Position numbers and translations under genes: made by a program
Notes under the pieces: generated by a model
What the model was told of the DNA's origin: nothing
Database searches by the model: none
Seen by the model: only the letters and a program-made list of their open reading frames with translations
In this document: in pieces, positions 1 to 9,269 of the stretch
How the letters are laid out: the number at the start of each line of letters is the position of its first letter
Position numbering within the stretch: position 1 is the first letter of the stretch
Virus record (IMG/VR): IMGVR_UViG_3300031867_000002
Location: 32,001 to 96,000 of that record
From: a virus
Lineage: Duplodnaviria; Caudoviricetes
Direction: 5' to 3' (one strand)
DNA length: 64,000 nt

Positions 1-1229
1 TCATTAATACTATTTACTCTACCAAGGGTATTTCTAATTTGAGGATTAAGATAAGATACAACAACACCATCATACATAAACGGCATTACTTCTCTAATAG
101 ATTCTGCTTCTTCTACGAATTTCTTCACTTGGAATAATACAGAATTATAATCTCCTCTAATAACAGCATATCTACAAAGTTCACCTGTAGAATAATATCT
201 ATTCATAAAGATAAGTTCTTCTTCTCTGGTCATATTATCATGACTTGTACCTAAAGGAACTAACGTAATATACTTAGCATACTTAGCGGCTTCAGAATTA
301 CCAAGAATACCAATGATAGCGTTTCTAGGATTTACATATTGTTTACCACAAGCTATGCTAAGTTCTTGTAATGAACGATAAGATATTACCGCTTCAAATT
401 TCATACCAAAAGGTTTGATATCAAATCCAGCAGCTTTAGTAAATCTATATCCTTGAAGAATAGGAGTTAAGTCAGATGCTTTATCCATCTGAGTATCACC
501 TCTTGTTCTTGCAGATAATATTCTATCAGTTACCTCGGCTTCAATTGATACACCATCATATTTAAGTTCAAGCACTAATTCAATATAATTAGGATTTACT
601 ATACCAGCTTGTACATGTTTTCTTAAGAAATCTCTTTCAAAAATTCTTACATTAGAATCATCATACACACCTTTTTGTTGAGCTTCTATATCTAATACAA
701 ACTTTGCTTTATGCAGAGTTCCCACCAATTGAGGATATTTATGACTAGTATTTTTTAATCTTTTAGATACAGTCTTAATACCACTATTATCAATAAGTGC
801 ATTTCCATAGAAGTCAGATTGTCTTAATTCATCACCAAACATATAACCAGACGTGTCTACATAAGGTTGAAACATAAACAATGCATCTCTTTCAATCTCA
901 TCAACATCATTGATTACATCTGTTGTACCAAAGTTTCCAATCTGTATTGGCTCAGCACCAACTTGGAAATTTGGATTATATTTCTTATACTTCTCTAAAA
1001 GTAAATCATATACTCCATCTTCTAATACAAGAATACTTCTATCTGTATTATTATAAATAAGGTTTGAAATATGCAGGATATCGTTAACGATATCCTGCTC
1101 TACTTTAGTAAGCGGTTCTTTGTTTATAAGTGAAACTACAATATTATTGATATTATAGATGACATCTTGTGTTAAACAGGATGCATCGCCTTTCATTAAT
1201 TGTTCTACAATTGAATGCATAGGATTCAT
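1..1229 (-). CDS. ligA: NAD-dependent DNA ligase, N-terminal part (runs off the left edge)
   Basis: Not in the ORF track. Manual translation from ATG at 1229 (RBS AAGGAG) gives LEDGVYDLL, HKYPQLVGTLHK, adenylation motif ELKYDGVS, ARTRGD, KFEA and YVNPRNA. Confidence 0.92.
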   Translation of the reverse strand, partial: MNPMHSIVEQLMKGDASCLTQDVIYNINNIVVSLINKEPLTKVEQDIVNDILHISNLIYNNTDRSILVLEDGVYDLLLEKYKKYNPNFQVGAEPIQIGNFGTTDVINDVDEIERDALFMFQPYVDTSGYMFGDELRQSDFYGNALIDNSGIKTVSKRLKNTSHKYPQLVGTLHKAKFVLDIEAQQKGVYDDSNVRIFERDFLRKHVQAGIVNPNYIELVLELKYDGVSIEAEVTDRILSARTRGDTQMDKASDLTPILQGYRFTKAAGFDIKPFGMKFEAVISYRSLQELSIACGKQYVNPRNAIIGILGNSEAAKYAKYITLVPLGTSHDNMTREEELIFMNRYYSTGELCRYAVIRGDYNSVLFQVKKFVEEAESIREVMPFMYDGVVVSYLNPQIRNTLGRVNSIN

Positions 1230-1233
1230 AAAA

Positions 1234-3480
1234 TCAATCTCCTTTATATTTGAAAAGTTCACGTTCATAATTCTCAACTGGAGCGAATAAAAGTTTCTCG
1301 TAATCTTGTACTGGGACAAATAACTTCTTTTCTTCTCTAGTTACATCTACGAACAATTCATCTTTCTTTGGGTCTAAGAAATAGAATAGCTGGTCTTTGC
1401 TAGGGTCTAAGAAGTAGAATAAATCTTCACTATTTTCATAAACAATCGGAATCTTATTGAATACAAATCTAGCTCCCATAGCTTTGATAATAGCGTTTAG
1501 TATCTCAGCACTTCTTGACTTAGCATCTTCACTCAATTGTACATCAAATTTATATGATGTCAACATCTGTTTAGCATCTCTTCTACCAGTAGGAGAGTTA
1601 CTATAAATCATCATGTTGATACAATCAATCTCAGCACCCATAGCTTTAAGAATATTACCTTCCATTTCACCAAAACGAATTGGTGTATTAGAATGTATTC
1701 TAATATACATCTTGGATGCTTTAGATTTAGAATTCATGTTTCTAATATTAGTTGCTGATAAAGAAGTAGCAGAATGTTTTTCTTCAGCATTCTGTTTCAT
1801 TCTATAGATATATTGTTTAGCAACAATACTAGGCTTTTGAGATTGTACGAATCTAATCTGTCCTCTAGAACCTACAATAGGAACATCAAGAAATACAGGT
1901 TTAATCCATGAATAATCTCCATAGATTTTCATAAGCTGTTCAAATGTTACTGCTTCTGAAATAGGTTTGAGAGCAACGTATAATCCATCACCATTAGGAG
2001 TTAACATATTTGCTACAGCCAACAAAGCATCATCATCTGAAGTTTGTAAGTTAACACATTCAAGAAAACTCATTGCAAATTCTGGAGATAAATGATTATA
2101 GAATCCATATAACAATTCTATTGTTTGTTCTACATCAAACATCTCTGTCATTATTGTATCAACAAGATTACTTGCAATAAAGTTAATTGACAGTTCGAAT
2201 AACTGACCTGGATTCAATCTGTTTACGCAAGTAGCTTGATTCCATATAAGGTCAACTCTTTCATCTGTACCGCTTATTCTAGGCATTTGTTCATCAGGAA
2301 TTACTTTAGATATAACTCCTTTACCTCCAGTTCTAGAAGTAATCTTATCTCCTACATCTAGAGGTGCTTCTTCATATAATGTAATCTCAAGTATGATATT
2401 AGAGAATACATTATCTTTGAAATATTGTTTACCTTGAACTACACTTAAACAGAGACTATATAATTTGCTAAGCTCATAAGATTTATGATAGTCGCTATTG
2501 TTAATATAATTCTTCATTACATTTACAAACTCTTGACAGAATCTTTTATAGTTATTATCATAGAACTGTAATTGCCCTTCATAGATTCCGTTATTGGAAG
2601 TTGCTATATCTTTATTGCAATATACATCGATATCAACAACTTGACCTTTAGCTTTAAATGTGATGTCATTAATCATCGGAACTTTGAGCCTTTCTGCACT
2701 TTGGGTAAAGAATGACTCATCGTTTCTTTCTGTTCTAGTACCACAAAGGATACCATTCTTAACATGTTCACTGATATCTGGTATAAACTTGTAGGAGTTA
2801 TTGTCTCCGTATAAGTTAAGTGGTATATCGTTATCATTAATAAGAATTGTTACTTTCTTAAGTTCTGTTCTAGCCAATGCTTTAGAAGCACTTACAGATA
2901 TTTCTATAGCATCTTCAGTTGTATTTGCATCAGCTACATACATTGCTGTCAGGTTCTTACCAGGCATATAATTATCATAGCTATCAAAAGATGTAGACTT
3001 TTTGATAGTTTGACCTGTTGGAATAGTAGAACCTTGTACAAGTGAATCGAGATATTTATTATCATACATAAAACCATAAGTTTCAGTATTATGACAATAA
3101 GATACCCTTTCAATAACATCCATGTTATTGAACTCATCTGTTACAATCAGATAATAATGATGCCCTGGTTTATTTACAAACTTTTCAATCTTTGCAAATA
3201 CTCTCCAGTTTCTATCTGATTCTATAAAAGATGATGAATGCCATCCAAACAGATTTTCATAACCTGTTGAGACATACGGGATTTCTGGATTAACCAGACA
3301 AACATGTTGCTGATACTGAGAAGAGAACATGTTTTTTCTTGCTGCAGAGTTCTCACTCTCACAAGGCATGTTAAGACCAACGCCAATCATACGTTCCATA
3401 TTGTCGTTGTACTTTTTACCTGCTGCATCGATATGTTTATCTATAGCAGGGTCTGAATAAAGTTTTTCGTATACTACCAT
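1234..3480 (-). CDS. Phage multisubunit RNA polymerase beta subunit, C-terminal half (probably non-virion RNAP)
   Basis: Motifs NSAARKNM, EDAI, GDKITSRTGGKGVIS, NRLNPGQ and RFGEME; preceded by an early-type promoter. Confidence 0.9.
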   Translation of the reverse strand: MVVYEKLYSDPAIDKHIDAAGKKYNDNMERMIGVGLNMPCESENSAARKNMFSSQYQQHVCLVNPEIPYVSTGYENLFGWHSSSFIESDRNWRVFAKIEKFVNKPGHHYYLIVTDEFNNMDVIERVSYCHNTETYGFMYDNKYLDSLVQGSTIPTGQTIKKSTSFDSYDNYMPGKNLTAMYVADANTTEDAIEISVSASKALARTELKKVTILINDNDIPLNLYGDNNSYKFIPDISEHVKNGILCGTRTERNDESFFTQSAERLKVPMINDITFKAKGQVVDIDVYCNKDIATSNNGIYEGQLQFYDNNYKRFCQEFVNVMKNYINNSDYHKSYELSKLYSLCLSVVQGKQYFKDNVFSNIILEITLYEEAPLDVGDKITSRTGGKGVISKVIPDEQMPRISGTDERVDLIWNQATCVNRLNPGQLFELSINFIASNLVDTIMTEMFDVEQTIELLYGFYNHLSPEFAMSFLECVNLQTSDDDALLAVANMLTPNGDGLYVALKPISEAVTFEQLMKIYGDYSWIKPVFLDVPIVGSRGQIRFVQSQKPSIVAKQYIYRMKQNAEEKHSATSLSATNIRNMNSKSKASKMYIRIHSNTPIRFGEMEGNILKAMGAEIDCINMMIYSNSPTGRRDAKQMLTSYKFDVQLSEDAKSRSAEILNAIIKAMGARFVFNKIPIVYENSEDLFYFLDPSKDQLFYFLDPKKDELFVDVTREEKKLFVPVQDYEKLLFAPVENYERELFKYKGD

Positions 3481-3561
3481 AATTGATTCCTCCTTATAAA
3501 TAGATTATTGGTGTGAGATGATTGCTCATCTCACACTAATAATATACACTCATTCCTCTGT

Positions 3562-4842
3562 TTACATTTTATTCATAGCTCTTATTCTATCAATAATCAT
3601 ACTAGTTGCTTGAGATGCTGGCATAGACTTAAGTCTTTCAAACTCAGCAAGTTCTGTTTTAAGATGCGTTACAACTTCTTCTACAAAGATATTAAGAAAT
3701 TCTGGGTCTTCATAAAGTTTATTCTTAAATGCTCTTTGAGAGAACTTATGGTCACTTCTATCCCCAAGATATAAATAAGCTCCAGCACCATTTACCTTAC
3801 CAGCATTCTTAAGCATTGTATAAAGAGATAAGTCTGGGTCGAATCCAGTAACATAGTTAAATACTAAATCTACTGCTGATGCTGTACCAGAAATACCAGA
3901 ACGAGACTTTACATTAGAAATAGTTACGTAGCAACCATTGATACCAAAGTCTTTATCTGAAGTAAGTTTAGAACCATCATCCATTCTAAAGATTGTAGAT
4001 GAATAAACAGGTGCATTACCACCAGGAAGAGTTTCATTCTGTTTTAAGAACTGAGTTTTAGATTTGGTATGAACAATTCCAGTTTCTACTTTCTCATTAA
4101 TATGATTTATTGCAACGAAGATTATATTAGCTTCTTTACAAACTTGAGTAGTTCTTCTATAGAACTGAGCAAGTGCTTTTGCATTTGCTGTTACAGACAT
4201 TTGACCAGACATCTCTTCTTCTTCGGCAATCTTTTCTGTAGTAAAATAAGGAATTGAATCTACTAAATAAATAGTTGGTTGAAACTTATAGATTTTATTA
4301 CCAAAACAATCTACTAATCCAGTATCGTATTTATACTTATCAGGATTATCAATCTTAATGTCATGGATTACTTTAATACGTTTATATACGTTTTCAATAG
4401 TAATACCAGCATTTCTCATTTTTACTTTCTTATTAAACTCTTCATCAGTAAATCCAGTTAATTCTTGAAGTCTATCTTTCATCATACCAGTAGCTTCAGT
4501 AATATCAACAAACATGAGACCATTGGGAAAGTTACGAATAACATTAGCTGAAATCTGAATACCATATGTTGATTTACCACATCCAGAACGACCGATAATC
4601 ATATACATTGACCCATCAACAAGACCTATAGAATCATAACTAAATTTACTACCGTCAGGAAAATTTACATTAATAATTTTTCCACACGCCTTGTAGTCAA
4701 ATGAGAGAAATCCTGTTGGATATTGAACATCGAACTCTGCATCATTTGTCATAGAATAATCTTTTGTCTTTTCGAATGCATCTGTTACTTCACTCATTAA
4801 AAGTCCATCAGACACTTCAAAATTTGTTGTTGTTTTTGCCAT
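3562..4842 (-). CDS. RecA/UvsX-like recombinase
   Basis: YPTGF..FD, Walker A GRSGCGKST, Walker B YLVDSI, AINHI, PGGNA and VKSR. Confidence 0.88.
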   Translation of the reverse strand: MAKTTTNFEVSDGLLMSEVTDAFEKTKDYSMTNDAEFDVQYPTGFLSFDYKACGKIINVNFPDGSKFSYDSIGLVDGSMYMIIGRSGCGKSTYGIQISANVIRNFPNGLMFVDITEATGMMKDRLQELTGFTDEEFNKKVKMRNAGITIENVYKRIKVIHDIKIDNPDKYKYDTGLVDCFGNKIYKFQPTIYLVDSIPYFTTEKIAEEEEMSGQMSVTANAKALAQFYRRTTQVCKEANIIFVAINHINEKVETGIVHTKSKTQFLKQNETLPGGNAPVYSSTIFRMDDGSKLTSDKDFGINGCYVTISNVKSRSGISGTASAVDLVFNYVTGFDPDLSLYTMLKNAGKVNGAGAYLYLGDRSDHKFSQRAFKNKLYEDPEFLNIFVEEVVTHLKTELAEFERLKSMPASQATSMIIDRIRAMNKM

Positions 4843-4996
4843 ATAAAAACCTCCTATACGTACCCAATAGGTACAATTATTTATAAGATAGTTGTAGATA
4901 GTATTAAAAGAAAAAGTATGTCAGACTGGGTGTGGACCAGTCTGACATTAATATCAAAATGTGTTGTGTGAAATCTTTACTATCATTAATTATATG

Positions 4997-6292
4997 TTAA
5001 TATTTGTCGATTGTATCCTCAGAATACGGGGTTTCATTGTTATTTGTTTTCTTTGCAGTAAAACCACGTTTCTTTTCATAGCCACCACTGCTCTCTACTT
5101 TAGAATCTGGTGTACCAGAAGAACCTGTAGGTCTTCTTCTTTTACTACGTCTAATAACAAGTTCATCTTCTTCAGTAGTTTCTTCATTATCAAACTGAGC
5201 AAAGAAATCATTATTATCATTCTTCTTTCTTCCAAGTGTAGAGCTTTGAGTTACCGTCTCCATATTTGAGATAGCACCAAAAAAATCATCATCTTTTGTA
5301 CTAGAAGTAAGATTCTTTTGATATTTAGAATACATATCTTGAAGCTCTTCTTTAGGAAGATTCATGCCAGATGCGATAATTCTAACAAATTCAGGTTCAT
5401 CTACTTTATACTGTCTATGAACAAAGAACTCTTCAATGTTATTATTACCACAAAGCTTCTTCTTGATAGAAGAAAAACTTGTATCAATAACACTAAGATT
5501 ATCGTCAGAGATATTCATGAATACACCAATCTTTGTTGCAGACGGTTCAAAGTCAAGAGAAGAGGAATAATCAATAGCATCAGATACAATCTGGTCAAAT
5601 TGATTAGGATTCTTGAGCTTCTTATCAATTTTAACTTCTGTTACAAACATCATACCTGGATTAGTAATAAGCTTGTAATGGTCTGTGTCATCGATATTCT
5701 GTTCAGAATCTATAATATCAAATGCGTTTACTACTTTAATTCCTGTAGAGATATCTTGATTAGCAAGTTTTTCTGCCACAAAGGTATTGGAAGTCTTTTC
5801 AAGAAATCTTTTATTACTAACTGTTTTGATAACATAGTTACCTCCTTCAAGGTCTTTAAAATACTCAATAGTATTCTGAAGACCTCTGGTATCAGATTCG
5901 AATCCACAGATAAGAGTGATGATTACTGGTAAATCAAGTTGAGATTCAATATATTTTGCAAGTACTACAGATGCACCAGAACCAGATGCACCTTCTGTGG
6001 TAGTAATAATATTTATATATTGTATATCATCTGGAATAAGTTCATTAATGACATTAGGATTATTTCTAAGATAAGTAAGCATGAGCTTTTTAGCAGCAGA
6101 ACGTACTTTACCACATCCTGCATCTGGGTCTTCAGAGATGATAATACAATTATCTCTATAATCTTCTGGAATGTCTTTAATAGTAGAGTTTACAATACAA
6201 CACTCATCTCTATCAAGTGTACCATTCTCAATGCAATAAATCATTGCTTTGGTTGCACCTTGTCCACAACCAAATGTAAAGCTTCTGTTCAT
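4997..6292 (-). CDS. Tubulin/FtsZ-family GTPase (PhuZ/TubZ-like)
   Basis: GCGQGA (T1 loop), VNST..D, AGCGK, variant signature TEGASGSG, T7-like NIDDTD and a long charged C-terminal tail. Confidence 0.85.
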   Translation of the reverse strand: MNRSFTFGCGQGATKAMIYCIENGTLDRDECCIVNSTIKDIPEDYRDNCIIISEDPDAGCGKVRSAAKKLMLTYLRNNPNVINELIPDDIQYINIITTTEGASGSGASVVLAKYIESQLDLPVIITLICGFESDTRGLQNTIEYFKDLEGGNYVIKTVSNKRFLEKTSNTFVAEKLANQDISTGIKVVNAFDIIDSEQNIDDTDHYKLITNPGMMFVTEVKIDKKLKNPNQFDQIVSDAIDYSSSLDFEPSATKIGVFMNISDDNLSVIDTSFSSIKKKLCGNNNIEEFFVHRQYKVDEPEFVRIIASGMNLPKEELQDMYSKYQKNLTSSTKDDDFFGAISNMETVTQSSTLGRKKNDNNDFFAQFDNEETTEEDELVIRRSKRRRPTGSSGTPDSKVESSGGYEKKRGFTAKKTNNNETPYSEDTIDKY

Positions 6293-6298
6293 ATTAAA

Positions 6299-6457
6299 TT
6301 ACTCCTTTTCATTCTTAGTATCGTCCTTTTCATCAGAATCCTTCTTAGCATTCTCTTCAAGAACCTTACGATTGTCTTCCTCATTGAGAGGTTTGTATCC
6401 ATAGCTACCAGGCATTGGATAACCCTGCTCAGTGATAACACCAAACTTATCAGACAT
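6299..6457 (-). CDS. 52-aa charged protein upstream of the tubulin gene
   Basis: Below the ORF-track cutoff: MSDKFGVITEQGYPMPGSYGYKPLNEEDNRKVLEENAKKDSDEKDDTKNEKE. It has an AGGAGG RBS and a late promoter motif upstream, and its end contains the tubulin RBS. Confidence 0.8.
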   Translation of the reverse strand: MSDKFGVITEQGYPMPGSYGYKPLNEEDNRKVLEENAKKDSDEKDDTKNEKE

Positions 6458-6504
6458 TCTAAACCCTCCTTTCATCATAGATTTATATATTAGTTATTAA
6501 AGCA

Positions 6505-6587
6505 GTATATATCCACACATGACTAGCATGTGTGGATATATACCGAATAGGAGATTTTATTTGCGTATTTGCGAATTTCTAGTCATT
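6505..6587 (-). ncRNA. Candidate ~80-nt late small RNA ending in a perfect 17-bp hairpin
   Basis: Late promoter motif at 6587-6598 points leftward into an ORF-free stretch closed by the inverted repeat 6505-6521/6527-6543. Confidence 0.35.
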
Positions 6588-6796
6588 ATTTATATGTTAT
6601 AGATTTGTAAAAGTTGAATATATTAGTTATATACAATTTAAGTGAGTAAGAGATAATATCTCAAGCTCCAGGAATAAGCAAGCTAGGATAAAACCTATGT
6701 TCCTGAGAAAACATATCAAATTTACTTTATGGTGTGGAGATAATATCAAGAGCACCAGCAGCTCTAAGAAGCTGCATCACCCTAAGGAGGGTTATT

Positions 6797-7186
6797 ATGA
6801 TGATGTACGAACCTAAAATGAAAAACGTAATCGACGCAACTGCAGCTGAACTCGATGCAATGAACTCGTTGAGAATGGCACTTATTCAGAAAGTGCTCGC
6901 TAACACTGCTAGACATATGCAGTTTGAGCAAGTTCCTAATTGCATTACTGAAACTATCGAAAAAGCAATCGCTGCTGATTCAATTGTTATCACTGTTGGT
7001 GACATTCAGACTCGCTTTGAAAGATTTTCGTTCATGGCTAAATGGGACAGAGATAGATGGTTTGATGAAATGTCGAATCTTTTTATCGTTATTGCTAAAG
7101 AAAATTGCTGGTTTGAAGATAAGATTGCTAGCGGATTTTGTTGGAAAAATCAGAAAGGAGAATTCTGCAAGCTCGAAATCGAGTAA
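6797..7186 (+). CDS. Hypothetical protein (early cassette gene)
   Basis: AAGGAGG RBS before ATG 6797, long structured leader, terminator at 7208-7240. Confidence 0.8.
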   Translation: MMMYEPKMKNVIDATAAELDAMNSLRMALIQKVLANTARHMQFEQVPNCITETIEKAIAADSIVITVGDIQTRFERFSFMAKWDRDRWFDEMSNLFIVIAKENCWFEDKIASGFCWKNQKGEFCKLEIE

Positions 7187-7207
7187 AGCAGAGTAGTCTT
7201 AACCAAA

Positions 7208-7240
7208 AAATAAAGCGCCCTTGGGCAAGGCGCTTTATTT
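7208..7240. terminator. Bidirectional intrinsic terminator
   Basis: AAATAAAGCGCC/GGCGCTTTATTT inverted repeat between convergent genes. Confidence 0.8.
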
Positions 7241-7957
7241 CTTGTCTATTCTCATCTTTTTCATGCTTAATGTATATGGTGTCATATAGTCTTGTTCTAA
7301 TAGATTACTCATAATACCGCTACCAATTAGATATACATCTACAGTATTACGTGCAACTTGGTTAGACTTATCACTCTCTAAGTCTTTCAATGATACTTGA
7401 CCAGTTGTATTAATCTGATTATACATTTTATTTTTTGCTTCCATATCATCTGCTTTAGCACGAGTAAACTCTTTTATTGTAGCATCCATATTCTGTAATA
7501 CCAAAGACTCTAACTCTCTATCAGATTCAACACCTTTTGCATTGCCAACAATTTGGCCTGTCTTAGGATTACGTACATCGATATTAGTATTATAACCAGA
7601 TTTCTTGGTTACAATCTGCTTGAGCTTTTTAAGGTTCAAGTAACCGACCATAGCTTCATTAGAATTAGTTACAGGTACACCATCTTTATTCTTATATATA
7701 CTAGGAAAAGATACCTTTTCTAATACAGGTACATTAATAGCCTTTAAAGCATCAATACATTTCTTAGGATTTGTTTCTCTGTCAAATGCGGTAGTTTGAA
7801 GTCTAAATGGTAATTTACGTTTACAAAATTCCATAAACTGTTGGTCAGACATCTTAGCAAACATTTCCTTATAAAAGTTTGAATTAGCCTTTGTTGGGTC
7901 AGCTGCATCAAAAAACTTATAAATTAAAGCCTCAGCTTTCTTACGATTAGCATTCAT
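7235..7957 (-). CDS. RNA polymerase beta subunit C-terminal fragment (probably virion RNAP)
   Basis: MVGYLNLKKLKQ, RNPKTGQ and ESDRELESL resemble the extreme C-terminus of beta; late promoter at 7983-7994. Confidence 0.7.
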   Translation of the reverse strand: MNANRKKAEALIYKFFDAADPTKANSNFYKEMFAKMSDQQFMEFCKRKLPFRLQTTAFDRETNPKKCIDALKAINVPVLEKVSFPSIYKNKDGVPVTNSNEAMVGYLNLKKLKQIVTKKSGYNTNIDVRNPKTGQIVGNAKGVESDRELESLVLQNMDATIKEFTRAKADDMEAKNKMYNQINTTGQVSLKDLESDKSNQVARNTVDVYLIGSGIMSNLLEQDYMTPYTLSMKKMRIDKK

Positions 7958-8008
7958 AATATCTATGCTCCTTTCTGGTTATTATGTAAAAGTTGATTTA
8001 TGCATATA

Positions 8009-8024
8009 TATATTATAATAGTGA
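8009..8024 (+). promoter_or_regulatory. Early promoter motif TATATTAT-N4-GTGA (representative copy)
   Basis: Same motif at 8595, 10167, 10744, 32758, 34253 and 62147 (+) and at 3539, 20968 and 26717 (-); variants at 25113, 49659 and 54199. It resembles the phiKZ early motif TATATTAC. Confidence 0.75.
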
Positions 8025-8097
8025 TAGCAACACAATGGTTCTATCTGAACTAGCGAGGAAACTAGATAGCAATAAAAATTTTTAAGGAGGGGTACCT

Positions 8098-8439
8098 ATG
8101 TTCGGTATCGTTAATTATGTAAATTTGACAAATGGCGTCTTAAGCGCCTATAAACACAAGACAGAGAAACACATGGAGGCAAATAACCCGAAAAAGGTTG
8201 CTATGTATATTTCTATTTACTATAGTATCAACCCTGTAGCTATAGCTGATGACAGAAACATGCATTCAATAAAGGAATCTGTTCGTAGAGATTTTGGGAC
8301 TGAGATTGAATATCTAAAAGAAAACGGATATAAAATTCGTCTTTATCCAGATTCTAATGGACAGATGCAGATTTTATTCGAGATTCCAGATGGGAAATTC
8401 TATTCAAGTACCTATCCAGAATGTGATGTTGAGTGGTAA
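8098..8439 (+). CDS. Hypothetical protein (early cassette gene)
   Basis: AAGGAGG RBS, own promoter and terminator. Confidence 0.8.
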   Translation: MFGIVNYVNLTNGVLSAYKHKTEKHMEANNPKKVAMYISIYYSINPVAIADDRNMHSIKESVRRDFGTEIEYLKENGYKIRLYPDSNGQMQILFEIPDGKFYSSTYPECDVEW

Positions 8440-8455
8440 CGTAACGTAAGTTTAA

Positions 8456-8495
8456 AAAAGAATACGACTGTCGTGAGACAGGCGTTTCTTTTTTG
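8456..8495 (+). terminator. Repeated terminator, copy 1 of 3
   Basis: AAAAGAATACGACTGTCGTGAGACAGGCGTTTCTTTTTTG; near-identical at 9181 and 11241. Confidence 0.8.
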
Positions 8496-8660
8496 TACTT
8501 AATATCATTATAATATAAATATTCACATAAGGAGGCAATACATGATATCTATGCTCCTTTCTAGTTTATATGTAAAAGTTGATTTATATACATATATATT
8601 ATAGATGTGTAAGTATAAGTTAATCATCTCATTTATAAAATATTAAAGGAGGAAAAAACA

Positions 8661-9155
8661 ATGAGAATTAAACTTTACACCGATTATGTAGACGGACGGA
8701 AAGTCTGCTACATAGCAAAAATGAAGAAGTCCGCCACTGAATCAAATATTGAATTTGACTATTATGTCAAAATCAATAGAGACCGCAATATCAAAAAAAT
8801 GACCGCTGTCGTAATCGATGATGACGATAAAGTCATTTGTAAAGATATGGTTAAAAAATGTTGGTCCGATGAAAAATCCACAAAGCAGTGTTATTTCGGA
8901 ATTACTGTATGTGGTAACCGCATTGTATCCGACACGGTATCAAATCTTCAGAATAAATCTGAAGGGAAAAATGTAGGCTTTATCGTCGAATATATCAAAG
9001 ACGAAAACGGGAACCAAATATATGATAGAGAGGGAAATCCCGTTTCAAACACGAGAAGAGTTATCCTTAATGGAAGAGTAAAAAATGTGGACTCTTCCAA
9101 AATGAGTTTCAAAATGCAAAAACTCATTCACGGGTACAACAAGTGGCACCTTTAA
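8661..9155 (+). CDS. Hypothetical protein (early cassette gene)
   Basis: AAGGAGG RBS, own promoter and terminator. Confidence 0.8.
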   Translation: MRIKLYTDYVDGRKVCYIAKMKKSATESNIEFDYYVKINRDRNIKKMTAVVIDDDDKVICKDMVKKCWSDEKSTKQCYFGITVCGNRIVSDTVSNLQNKSEGKNVGFIVEYIKDENGNQIYDREGNPVSNTRRVILNGRVKNVDSSKMSFKMQKLIHGYNKWHL

Positions 9156-9180
9156 TGAATGAGCTTCAATACTGATAATA

Positions 9181-9220
9181 AAAAGAATACGACTGTCGTG
9201 AGATAGGCGTTTCTTTTTTG
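9181..9220 (+). terminator. Repeated terminator, copy 2 of 3
   Basis: One mismatch to 8456-8495. Confidence 0.8.
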
Positions 9221-9225
9221 TCTTT

Positions 9226-9237
9226 AACATCATTATA
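9226..9237 (+). promoter_or_regulatory. Late promoter motif AACA-N6-TA (representative copy)
   Basis: AACATCATTATA. The same spacing occurs at 16659, 28514, 33375 and 44934 (+) and at 4987, 6587, 16611, 48305 and 49615 (-); AACT variants precede many other core genes. It matches the AR9 late promoter consensus. Confidence 0.75.
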
Positions 9238-9269
9238 ATATAAATCCACATAAGGAGGTAATATGTATT

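Noticed and set aside
4961-6493. Plus-strand ORFs antisense to tubulin, and similar shadow ORFs (e.g. 14179-14634, 22464-22856, 24034-24612, 55559-56032, 63163-63855)
   Set aside because: They lie opposite well-supported genes, lack RBSs, and have compositions typical of reverse-frame artefacts.
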